From positions 787,655-851,654 of the forward strand of contig NMRA01000106.1 of assembly GCA_002633005.1 (NCBI GenBank): a DNA stretch of 64,000 nt, read 5' to 3'. Position numbers and translations under genes: made by a program. This DNA comes from Phoronis australis. Its lineage: Eukaryota; Animalia; Phoronida. Under the pieces are notes generated by a model. That model did not search any database. It was not told the origin of the DNA and saw only the letters and a list, made by a program, of their open reading frames with translations. Of this stretch, positions 12,101-25,300 are shown piece by piece; the first letter of the stretch is position 1; the number at the start of each line of letters is the position of its first letter.

Positions 12101-13281
12101 AATGAAGAATCCATCTGTGTGCCTTTGACTTGTCACATTAGATTTCACCTGCAATTATGCAGGTTTCGTCTGATGGGAGATAGATTTTGTAGGCACATAA
12201 TCATTAATTTGAGTAATTGGAAAACTAATGTGATGTTTGACTGATGATTGTTTTAAATTACCTTGGTTTCCGTTCTTGTGTTTCAGTTGTGACCTTCAAA
12301 GTATGCATTGCCAATCGGTACAAATTGAACAAAAAGTTACGCAAGCTACAAGTGAGTGCACAGTCTGACCCCAATAACCTGGCACTACGCAACAATGTAT
12401 CTCAAGCTAGTGTAAGTATGATAAGTTTCTTAATAACTGTCTATCCTTTAAAAAAAGTTTTGTCAAAGCTCTAAATGAGAGCATCTTCTGGCTATCAAAC
12501 CTTTCTTTCCTCTAAATCTAATTGAGATGTTTTCAGTGCTCCCCAGTTTTTGCCTGAAACTGTATTTTAGTGTCCCAGAATAGCAGGGATATCTACCCAC
12601 CATGATCAACAACCGTTAATCAGGTACAATTTCATGAGACGTAATCAAGCTCTTACAATAAGTTGACCGTCAGTGTCTGAATGGTCATCCTCAGTATGAT
12701 GGCTAGGTGGACTTGGAGTGATGTGTTGTAGTTCATGCCTTGGACCTCGTAAAACGATGTCAGAAAGAGGGTACGTGGCTCAAGGCGGGAACTTCTTCAC
12801 GTGACTGGAAGTCCGCATAACCTTCATTATGAGGAGAGCTGCAGACATTGATGGTCAGAAATGTTCAATTTATTTTAAGTACTCGTTTGTTTATTATGAA
12901 ATTCGTAAGATATTTGACTCACCAACTGGATCAAATGTTTTAGTGATAACAACTGATAGTTTGTAATCAGCTGTGGAGACAAGGAGTAAAAATAATGAAA
13001 AGTCACTTACTTATTTCATTAACAGACTTGCTGAGTATGAGCAGTGAAATTAAAGCACAATGTCTGTTGCAGTCGGCCTGTAGAAGGCCTAAGTAAGGTG
13101 CTGGCCTTTCTGTTTTGCGTACTTTATTTCGTAAAATTCTGGCACCACTGTCCCATTATTATCATTATTGCTATTATTATTATAATTATAATACTAATTA
13201 TTATTATTACTATTATTATTATTATTATTATTACTATTATTACAATTACTATTATTACTATTACAATTACTATTACTATTA

Positions 13282-13331
<50 letters not shown>

Positions 13332-16300
13332 TCATTAATTCACTTTATTTACTGTCAGTGATAAATGAAAAGATGAGCAAAGGTTCATGTTCAGTGTGGT
13401 GTGAGTAGGGTAAAGAAAAAACAGGTTGATTTCGATATTTTCTTGAATTATAAAAGCTGTAATATTAATTTGTGGACAGTAATTGTATGCAAACACAATT
13501 GTGAAAGAATTGCTTCCGAGGAGGAGTTGATAGAGTCGTCAACAATTTCTATGAACTGCGATGGATGCATGTGAATCCTATTTTGTTTTAGACCACTTAC
13601 CGCTGTAAAATTGGTCTTTTGATTCATTTCTGTAGATGAGAAGTAAGTTTGGGTTTGCAAAATTTTCTAGTCAAGGTTTGAGTTAAATTTTGGTGTTCGT
13701 GGGCCTAGGACATGTTGATCACATTTGATTTAGGCCAGAACAAAAGCACGAACTTTAAAATTAGCGCATAAGTAAATAACGACATATCTATCCAATCCAA
13801 CGTTGGATTGGATAGATATGCCGTTATTTACTTATGTGCTAATTTCAAAGTTTGTGCTAGGACATGTTGGTTTGTGACAGCTTTAAAAATACAGTTTTTA
13901 TGGGAATGATTTTTGGCAGCTGTTATGTTAAAATAATGTACTCATGCCTACAGTGCAAGACTAAAGTAATCAAACAATACAGCTACAGTGCAAGACTAAA
14001 GTAATCAACAAAATACCGTTTTCTCATCATGACTCCTAATTGTGTTAGAAGTAATAATTGCTGCTAGTAACTATTTATGTGGGAAAATTTTAATTATAGA
14101 ATGGTTAGCTACCTTACTAACTTTCCTGTTGATTTCCTGTTATTCTCTGGGGATGAATTTGGTTTCCGCCCAGCCATCATGATTAGGAACTCTGGGTCGT
14201 ATTGTCTGAATACTTTTGGCTTGTATTGTAACATTCAAATTTTGTAATAAAACTCCTAATATTCTCAATTTACTTCAGGCAATATACCCAAGCTTGAAAA
14301 CAGTGTCTTAGTTTGGGCCATTGAATCTTAACAGTCTTTCATTGATACACCTCTTTAAATGTGAGAAAAGATTCATTTTATACCTTGGTATTCAAAAACA
14401 GATATTCAACTTCTATGATGTAACTTACAGTTTTAAAAATTTGTTATTTAGAAATTCACATTTTGTTCTAAATCTCTTTCCTTTGGCTCTTTTCTCAGCT
14501 CCTTAGTTCCCTGACCCTATATTTGTGCTCAGTCACTGTGAGGCTTATACTAAACAAACAAATTTCTCATTCAAATACTGGTATTAAACAAATAATGTAT
14601 GCAAGCATTCCTGGTCTTGTTTAACCCATATTATGCAGTGGCCCAAACTTATTTGTGGAGGTTAAATTCTTACTTAGAGTCCCTACATTAGACCTTTGTA
14701 ATGTTGAATAGATTTTACTAGCGCTGTCTGTGTTCAGAATTCATTCAACTGGGAAGGGTTCTTGTTTATGGGGCAACTGTCACCTCAGCCCAAATAGTAA
14801 CCAAACAGTTTGGTTTCAATATGGGATCAGCATTAACTTACGTAATCTTGTAATGGATTAGTATTTTTGTGAGACAACTTTTTAACTTTTTTCATTGGTC
14901 ATCAGCTTTTCAAATATAAATAATTATGTTCCTATTTGTAGGGTTGTCTGAAGTTAGTATTTTAGTTAAAACTAAGTTCATGTGTCGATGGACCAGGATA
15001 GGAATAAGGTCCATAAAATCTCGCCAATTTAGGACACGATATGGCCGACAAGTGAAATTTTATATTACCATTTTTTCAATTAAACAAAAGTGAGAGAAAA
15101 TCAAATATTTTGTGTTCAAATTTTGTTGCACAGCTACCATTGAACAAAGTTTTAAAAAATCGCAGGCATTCACAAGCATATTAGAAGCCCTTGAAAAACG
15201 AAAAGAGGTATTTTTGGCAATTATTTTTGTGCGAAATTGGCGAGATTTTACCTCAACAACTTTTTATCATTGTACTTTTTAGTTTATTTTAACTTCTTTG
15301 GTCTTATTTTGAGTTCTTATTATTTAGTTTACATCCGCGTCTATCTCTATTATTCTTTGCGCATTGTTGTTTTATATTTTGTCCAAAAAAGTCACTTACA
15401 GGAGTCCTGAATTTTGAGAACCAGTTTGATGCGAGTTATTCAGTGGAGAAAACTGGTTCTCAAAATGCAGAACCACTGTATATTGCTATTACCTTTCATT
15501 GTGTTGTATTGAGTTGTTGTTGTGGGCTGTGGATGTTAAATAAATCAATAAAAAAATCAATCAATCGAACAATTATCTATTGCCCTTGTTGTGTTACATT
15601 TTTGTGGTCAATGGATTTTAAATACCGTAAACCAACCAAAAATCAATCAGTCAAACTGACTTTTTGGTTAATTTTGTTGGGAAATGGTGCTGCTGGTGCA
15701 TTGACTTATTCAAACAATGTGTGTTGCACAAATGTGCTTACAAAATACAGGAAGAATGTGATTCTTTGCTTGTTAATGGACAAAAATGTTCGTTATCTCC
15801 CCTGGCACATTGCTGTCTCACACATCTATGCACCTTACTACCTTAGCTCACGTCTTTTCCATGGAGATGATGATATTTGGTTAATCATCCATCTTGTGAA
15901 AAACTGAGGATGTGCTTTAAGTTAATTGTCAGTTTTTCTATTGAAACTTAATTTATTTTCACTGCCACTTCTTGGTAGACTTAGATCTGTGTAACTGTGA
16001 CAGGTGGCTTTGTCTCCATGTGCTTTGAACCATGTAACATTGTCTGTACATGCAAGAGATGGACACTTATTGTTACCTACAAGGTGTCTATGGTTACCAC
16101 ATTGAATACTGTATTTTATATTCGCTTTATGTCGTGGGATGAACATTAGACCATGGGTGTGATGAACGTAGACCGTGTGTCAGTGACGCTCTGTTTCCTG
16201 AGTTATAAGCCACTTCTTCCTCTATAGTTTACCTTGATTTCCTTCGCAAAATACATTTTTAAGTTAGCATTCCTAATTTTTTCACAATCACACTTTGCAC

Positions 16301-19300
16301 TGAGAGTAGTTCACTGATTATGAATAAGTTCTGAGGCTATCCTACTCTTCATACTGTAGTCCATATTGAACTTTTATCAACTTGCAAACATTGACAATTA
16401 TTTGTTCAACTCAAGTCTTGACAACAGAGTCCTCTTTATTTGTTTTAAGTTTATCTTCTTTTGTCTTACAAAAAATCTTCAAATCTTAAGATTTGCCTTG
16501 GTATCATTCTGACATCAGTTTATGGTAAGTGAATAAAGATTTTTCAGCATTTTTATTCTTCTAAACAACTGCTGTGTGGGGTTGTTATAACATTCCTGTG
16601 ACCAGCTCAGCTGCAACCTGGACTTGAGACCTCTGATAAAACAGGGGCCCAAGATTTATAACAGCTTTTAGTGACAGTAATGTGTATACAGTTGACTCTA
16701 CACTAGATGCATGACAACCAATTCACTGTTTCTTGTATCATTCTTCTAGATAGTTAGTGCTGGACACTTTATCTTTTCTTTCATTATTTTACCCATACTG
16801 TGGCTGTTCTCAGCAAAATGCAATTGAAAGGAAATAGGTTCATTTTATGTTCCACTTTTTGTCCATCAGTAACAATTTTACACCATAATTGCATCTTGTC
16901 TACGTTTTTGTTTTAGATCGGTGCGAATGCTGAGAATGAAGACAATGTTGTTGAGCAGAAACGTCAGAAAGGCAAGAAGGTCCTCTATGGACAGATCATT
17001 CAGTTACGTCACATGTTCACAAAGAAGTACATTCACGTCAGTGCCACACAAACGTCGTCGACTGAGAGTAGTAACATGAAGGTGAGAAATTTTGAAAGAA
17101 TGACAGTTTTCGTTCCCTGATCTTCACATTACATTCTATTTTTAACCATCGTCATGGCAACAAATGGCATTTACCAACCTTATTTTCCGCTTTCTTTGAC
17201 TATGAACAAGCATAAGGTCTTACCATATGCAAATAGAAACGACATAAATAGTATTCCTCTGCTGCGCCCAAGATTCGACCTCTGAATTCATACTCAATCT
17301 GACATTTCCTGATCAGGCCAAAGAATAGCGATATTGGTCTGTTTGTTTTTGAAAATTGATAGCATGTTGTGGTATTTTTAGTTGTCCTTATTTAAAAAAA
17401 AAGTCACCCGATCCCAGCTCATAATTTTATGGTTTGGGATTCTTTGTTACCCACTCAACCTCATATCAACCTTAAGGCACTGGACTTCAAAATAAGTCGG
17501 GTTCTTACCAGAAACATATGGTACTTTTTTGGCCTTAACTTCTGTAATAACCCTTATATATGTTTCCTTTAAAAGCAATCTCAAGCAAGCATGTTTGAAG
17601 GGTAAAAATTCATACTCCATGGCAACACTTTTGAGTATTACAAAGTTATACATGTAAGATACTTCGTCATAGTGAGCAAGGTCTTGTGAGGTGACCCAAG
17701 AAGTTGTCTAATTTGCAAAGTATATTGAAACTTAGAGCAGATCGAAGCAGGCAAACTAAATCTGGTTGTGTAACATTTATTTAGGAACTTGTCAGTAGAC
17801 TTTTATGTGGCTGCATTTTGTATTGATTAGTTAACGCAATATTCTGCCCCGATTGTATTGTGTTTTAACTCACAAGTTTGATGTACAGCCACTCTCACTT
17901 GAACTAAAATTTTTATTCATCAATGATCTGTTAAATTGAGCCTAAACTGATCCTTTGTTATTTCGCTGTGATTGACAAATTACATTTCTCATGTTATTGA
18001 TTGACTGCGTTGCTAACACCTGTCGTGCCGATAATCCTTCCTCGTTAATTACTTATCATTTGTGTTCCCATTAATTTAAAACTGTTCTAATGAGCTACAC
18101 ACATACATCACTTTGCTTCTTAGTATTTCTATGACAACCTGTGTTTGTCGCCCTTTGTTTATTACAAATATAATATTGATGGTGAATAGCTGTTCACATT
18201 GTGTTGATGTGAATAACTTACTATTTTATATTTTTTGTTTATTGTCATGGTCGTTCTTGGTAAAACATATCTAAGTGCAATTTTTATGATAATTTAACTG
18301 TGAAACTTTTAGTTCTTATAGTGTACTGAATTACTTTGTAAACTCTAAGTGATACTTCTTTATACGTCGGAGTTGTTGTTTTATGCGGTTATGAAATAAC
18401 TCTTGGAATGCAAGTGTAATAACCTGTGATCAGAATCATATAATGAACAGCGATGTTGAAAATTTAAACTATTTCTAGGAATCCATTTAAAGCCTTCCTC
18501 AAACAGATTTTTGTCATGTTGGATGTTTCGCCGGGCTATCCAGAGAGACCCAGTTTTACTTTAGCAATTTAAATACTGAAACACATACAGGCACAGCAAA
18601 TGAATCATATGAAGTTGTCTTTTTGTGCCATGTTTTGTTATGAACATTTGGCAGTTCATGACTTCAGTGTGGTCAGAGTGATGCTTTTGAGATATTGTAG
18701 GAACTAAATTTAAATACAGATGCGGATTTATTTGTTTGTTGCGGTTGATTATTCATAACTGTCAATTTTGAATGATCTAACTGAATGTCTTGAAGCCAGT
18801 ACCAGCGATGTATTCCACAGTGATTGTTACTTACAAGACATTTGTGTCAACAGACTAAGGAACAGGAATAGTGAATTTTGTTTTACAACTCAACAGCCCA
18901 CCCTTGTCAACCAATCACTTCAGTGGCGGCCCTTTTGCTTGTCTGTGCTAGTATAGTCAGTTGCTTACTCACAAAATGCTAGCTTTTCTCTTGAGTGATC
19001 TGATCTCGTCTTATTTCGCAAGAAACTATATAGCTCTGCAGATGTCTCCCCACTATCAATATACGGTGCATTGCCATGATGGGTAAATCTGAACAGTACT
19101 ACTAATCCATTTGTAAGTTGTAATTTTGTATCTAGGTTGGTTGAATAATCTAATCTCTTCTGTGAATGTTTACTTAGTTATAATGGTATATGGTTTATAC
19201 AGTTATGTAATGTTCTCCCAATAGGTGGAGATGCTCCCTTTCAATGCCAAACAAGCACAGTTTCGTATCATGCCAAGGTACAAGGTCAAATCAGAAGGAG

Positions 19301-22300
19301 ATGTGGTAAGTGACACCTCTCCAGGGAAGTTAATTCTTGACTATTAAATTTTTGGGGTTTGATAATTGTGGAGGCTGTTATTGTATGCTAATTATTTTTT
19401 TATATGAAAATCGATTTATAAAGCAAGGAATTTATTTTCTAAAGAATTGGAATACTTTTTTAAGAAATATGTTCAAACTTAGCTAACTTTGGAACATCAC
19501 ATCTCAGAAATAGCTGATCAGATTAATTTAATAAAACATTCAGATACTGGGCTTTTTGCAGTTGTTGTCCTAACCTTTGTTATTAATTGTTTCAAAATGT
19601 TCCATTACACGAGGACTTTCAGAAAATAGGACTTCAAGATTTTTAGAAAAAAAATTGCATTAAGTAAAAACAAAACGACTATTTAGAAAATTGCAACAGC
19701 ATTTGTGAGATTTTGAGCATCTGTACGAAAAAAATGGCATTTCTGTTAATGTTGTTGTTTTGCTATGAATATTTTTTTGATTATTTTTCAAAAATCATGG
19801 TCACTTAACCCAATAATGGCAGATTTGGTTAAAACTAAAAACTCTACTTTCAGAAAATATACTTTTCTGGGTGAAATTTCCAGCAATTACAAATGTAAGG
19901 TTATTTTCTAAAAAAGCACATACTTATCAAATTATGTGGTTACCACTTAGTTTCTTTTTGAGCTGATGTCCTTATATTGTGAAACTGTACTTAGGGTTCT
20001 GCACTGGACGTTTCAATGGGGTGCTGCTCCCCTCTTTTAATGTAAGCAGTTGACTTTGTATCCCAGTTACCTCCCCCTTTTCTTTCTGCTTCAATTTTTT
20101 ATGCGGCTAATGTTTACAGCCTTGATGTGCAGCTGTGCATTGGTCAAAATTGCTTTACTTATAGGTTACAGCATTTAGATTAGGAAAGTAATTAGATTTC
20201 TCCAAAGTGCAGGAAACAGGTTCCTGATATTTTAGGTAAACCCCCAAAACCCTCCAATGGGATGGGAACACCAACACCCATACCCACCAGGGGGTGTCGG
20301 TTTGGTTTATTCACGCATCCCGTGAGCACTCGACTACGTTTTCACCATCTTTTAATTTTGGTGAGTGGAGAACCCTGTGAACCTAGGGCTTTACCAATGT
20401 CCTCTTACAATGGTCTATGTTTTTACCAGGTGCAAGTGGATGACCAGATTGTATTGGAGAGTGTCAAGTCCCCTGGACAGTTCCTGCATGTTAGCAAGGC
20501 TATGTTTAGTAAACAGTCCGTTTACTGTGGAAGGTATGCCATTGGTTACAGATTACATTTATAACTGCTATAATCCATGTTCGGGGCCCAGGATCTATTC
20601 TGAGAACTCGGACTAGACTCAGACTCACACTGGAAATTTAACTAATCACGGTGCATGATTTGAGTATGATTTTCCAAGTGTGCTTTGCAGTTGGTCTATT
20701 TTCGAGTCGATTTTTTAGTACATAAGATTATACCTTGTGCACTGGTGTCAATAATGTCAACTTTCTTTACGGGTATATTTGCTCTTCCAAAACATCACTG
20801 CGTTCGTGTACTTTGTTTGAATTGAAATCGGTTTCAATAAATTGCCTGGAATTTTGAAGCCCTCATACTGCCTTGGTGAGTGAAACTGAACTCATCATGA
20901 TAAGCAACTTAATGGGCCTGGTTTGAAGGAATAGTAACGACCTGTTAATTTTTCTGACTTTTCCTTACAGTATCACTTAATTATACTTCCAATAGAAATT
21001 GTGCATAAATCCAGCTGACTTGACAATTTGAAGTTGTTTTTGGTATGTAACCAATATAATTGTTAATATTAACATTAAGAAAAGTTATAATAAGATGTTT
21101 AAGTCTTGCCATGTTTAACATGTTAATCATCGCATTATATTTCTTAACATTATAAGTTGCTTGTCTTCACTGAGACTAATATGTAAGTATCGGTACAAAT
21201 CATGAAGCTTGGTGCTGTATTTATAGCTTGGAGCTGAATCTCTCCGTGCGACAGTCTGGCTTCACTATATACAGACACTACCATCCCTTGCCGGAGGACA
21301 AGATACGACTGAATGTAAGTCATATTTTTCTTTTATTTCTTAAATTTTGTTTCCTCTGCTTCCTGCATCAGGTAATTCCCAAAAGATTTTCAATCTTAAG
21401 ATGGTTTGCTCAAACTTGCCATGTTGCGTGTAAAATCTGTAAAGTTCACATTAATGTAGTTTCTTGCGAGTTTGTAGAGATCATGCTAGATTTTTGAGTC
21501 ACCTGGAAACTTTACTAAGATGCCTTGTGCTATGGCCACCATTGCAAGCTTTCTTAAGACATCGGTAATGCTCATTATTTCTAATTCCTTTCATCAATGA
21601 GTCACCCATGAGGTCTTGGCGAACGTACTATCAGTGTCTATCACCTGGAAAAATGTGCACTGGGATAGAGGAAGAGCCAGAATGCACTGTTATGATTGGT
21701 AAAGATGTATGTTATGAGTTATGAACTTTTGATATTGTTCTTTTAGGCTGGCGTTCCCATCAGATTGTTTCACAAGGAAATTGAAGCTTATTTAGTAGCA
21801 GAGGGCTTGTTCAATGAGAAAATCACGGAGGACGGTAAGTTCTTTGTAGCAAAAGTCCAAGCAAGCACTACCTTTTCCTGACTGCTTAATAAAATGCCCG
21901 TCTTTCCAAATCATTTAGAACTGTCCTAGGAATGGGAGATTTTTCAACTACGGATGTTTTGGATCTTGTACTACTTAAATGTATAATATTTAAACGAAAG
22001 GTTAAGCTAGAAGCGTCACCTACATCATTGCCTTTGTTACAGTCAGAGATTTGTGGAATATTTGTCATTCAGGTTACCTGGTGGCTGGAAAGGCAGGTGC
22101 ACTTTCTCTGTTTTCATTGGTTGATTTCATTCTGCTTTGAATGACCGCTTTCCCACAATCCATTGCGATGTGAAGTCTCTATTTCAGCACTATCTTTATT
22201 ATTTTGTGTTTGGAAAGGATTTTTATTGCCAGAAAGATGAGTATGAACTTCAGTCATGTCTGAAGCTGATAGGGGGCGCTATGGATGAGTTAATTAATAA

Positions 22301-25300
22301 TATGCAATGTTTTTCCACAGTTCATTTCCGAGTGAGGGTGGTTGATCAGGCGAACCCCAAAACTTTGTTTCCGTCCACGTCTGCCATCACGTACTGGCAA
22401 CTGGAGTTAGAGGAAGGGGTTGTTGACGGTGAGTTTGTAGTTTGTGATTTATTGCCTGTTTACATTAACTTTACTTAGTGATGGTAATATTCCCGTAAAG
22501 AATCAGTTTCATGGTCATGTTATGTTATTAAATAGAATATTTTATATTTAGTATATATTTAGGAGGCTGTAAATAAAAGAAATGGAAGTTGAAGGCTGTT
22601 GAGCAGTAGATGTTTTCTTAAATTAGGATAGACTGTCATTTGCAAAATGCCTTTTTGTTTCCAAGACTAAACAGTGGCAAATAATGAATGGTGTTAGGAG
22701 AATATGCCAGATATTTCATGATGAAGAACATTTTACATCTGTGCAAACAAGTTAAACATTACTATTCATGTTCATTTGTTATGTGTCAGTTTTGGGTACA
22801 GTTCTTGTATTCTTTGACCTGATGTGGACAGTGAGACTGGACTAGTAATGTATCAGGTCTGCAACTTGAGTTCTATATTTCCACATAACAGATGCTACAG
22901 AAACAAAGTTGTTAACCCTCCATGGACATCTAATTTAAAAATCTCTGTGGTGCTTAAAAATTCGACTTGAAAAAAACTAGTTGCAAATTTGTACTTGGAT
23001 TGTGCAGTGTGATTTCAAGGCTGACTGAATCTGAGTTGAGTCCAAGTTCTTAGAGATTAGATCGTGGGTCATGGTATAAGCAAATGAACAATTTGAACAT
23101 TGGAATGTCTGTTCAACAATCATAATCAAACTGTGGTGATTTCAATGAACATAATTTTTTAACATTATATAAAATCATTAATGAGAATTCAACGCAATAT
23201 TAAAATGGTTTTTGATTCTCCATAGGTTCTGTAATCCGTTGGGAACAACAGTGCCGTATCAAACACATGATCACCAGAAAGTACTTAATGGTCGATGCGA
23301 ACAGGAAAGTAGGACTAACGGACAGACACACAGACCCTCTCACAGTCTTCAAGTTGCACTCTGTGATAAAGGTGAGTTTGTTGTTTTCTCCTTCTATCCT
23401 GTATTTTTGTTGTTATTTAGTGACATACAAATTTGGCAGGACATTGAAGTTGGAAAAATGGACTGTTTTTCTACTCAAGTGTTGATTTGAAGTCAGTGGG
23501 GTTGTCACACTGTTCTCAACTTTGAATGATTTTTTAAAAGTTTTGGTTGTGGTATATGTGATATGTTTAGTGTTACATTTAACAACATTTCAAGGAATTA
23601 GCAAGTAATCACTACGTGTTGTAATCACATTATTTCCTTTTTTGGGAAGACTGCTCAGTTTGAACTTTTGCAAGTGCAGTGTGAATGATTACAGTTTATT
23701 TGTTTGTATTCATTGTATTTTAGGAAAAGGATATTATTGAGTACGATACATACTGTCGTATTGAGCATGCTGTGACTGGTCTGTGGCTGCATGCAGACAA
23801 TGGTAAGTCGTATTGAGTTGACACTTTTTTACGGTACTGATTTTGGTATGTCTCATGACATAATAAAAATAAACATGTACACTTTCTTCTGTTCCAAATT
23901 TTATCCTCAGTGACATTTTTTAAAATCTTTTTATTTTACTTAAAATTTATTTAAGCCATACTTTATATTAAAAAGTACATTACACAGAATGTGGAGATAT
24001 ATTCTTTCTCTCAACTTAGAAATAATAACAGGCTGTCAAGAAATTCATGAATATTCAAGTAATGAGTTTAGGTGCTCGCGTACCAACAAATGCATTTTTC
24101 TGATTGACTTTTCATTACAGATTTTTAGAACCAACATCAATCATAATAAATTAGAGTAGTTTTAAGACACTGTGTTTCATTTGAAATTTCTTTTTACTTT
24201 TACGTGTTTTGTTTAATGTAAATATGCTATGCTAACAAAATTTTCACTAAATTTTTGCAGAGGAGTATGTCCGCCAGCAAATGCAATCCTCAAGCTCCAA
24301 TGACCAATCAATGGAGGGCTTGAAATGGACGACATCGCAGTTGCGTCAAATCAGCACCATCGCAGAGAAACAGTACGATGATGCCTTCACCCTCCAACAG
24401 GTGGAGTCGGAGCATGTGGCCAACTTCAACTACATGGCTGGGATGGTACCAACACTGCAAAAACTGATAGAAGATGTACGTTAGATTATCTGGTGCTCTA
24501 ACTGTTTCATAGACAAAGTTCGTGAAAAGACAAAGCAAACTCGATTTAAAGTATACTTTGCAACATGCATTATTGCATATTGAGGAAACGCAATGTTTTG
24601 TGGTCTCATGGACTCAGAGAAAAATTTGCAGCTATTTTGCCTTGTGACCACATGGGTTGATGAATATCAGATTGTCTGCTGCCGACTGATAAATTCAACT
24701 TCGCCTTCCATTCCATTATTTCTCCATTTTACTTTGATTGATTGATTGATTGATAGGGAAAGCTTGGTAAGAGGAATCTAAACAATGGAAACCAATGAAA
24801 TTGTATTTTTTGAAAGGTGCAGAATATCTTGCAGTCATCAAGATAGCTCATTATAATGTGCTGCTGGAAGCTCTCACTGTATTGTCTGCTGTTTGAGTGA
24901 GTTCTTAACATTAAATGTACTTTTATTTTGTTTCAGAAAAAGAGCGACTTCCAGCTGAATGCAAAGCATTGTCATGATATTGTCAGTGTAAGTAATACTG
25001 TGTGGCAACGTTTATTTAACTGGAGCACTAAATACGGTACATCCAAATGGGTATTTTAAACAATCTTATGCCTATAGATGGCGCTGGTGGAGAGGTCAGG
25101 GACGTACTGTGTCTCAAGTGCAAGCCAATGATAATTGTATTCTTTGTGATTGACTAGAAGACTATGATATGAAATTGACATCTGACAAAGGCCTGTTGCG
25201 GTAAGAAACACATCCCTGTCATTCATACTCCACAATTTTCTATTTTTCAATTATAAATTTAAATGTTATTTTCTTGATGTTTACCTTGTGAATTTTAAGT

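Noticed and set aside
13044-13408. Poly-Ile and poly-Tyr ORFs
   Set aside because: Artefacts of the (TAT)n microsatellite.
15443-15907. 154-aa intronic ORF as a nested gene
   Set aside because: It runs through two SINE-tail-like repeats (GGATGTTAAA...CAATCAATC) and has no coding-like composition or splice structure.
18520-18566. Second hammerhead-like motif on the minus strand (stem CTGGG/CCCGG then CGAAAC)
   Set aside because: The CUGANGA core is absent (reads CTAAAGTAAAA). At best a dead remnant.
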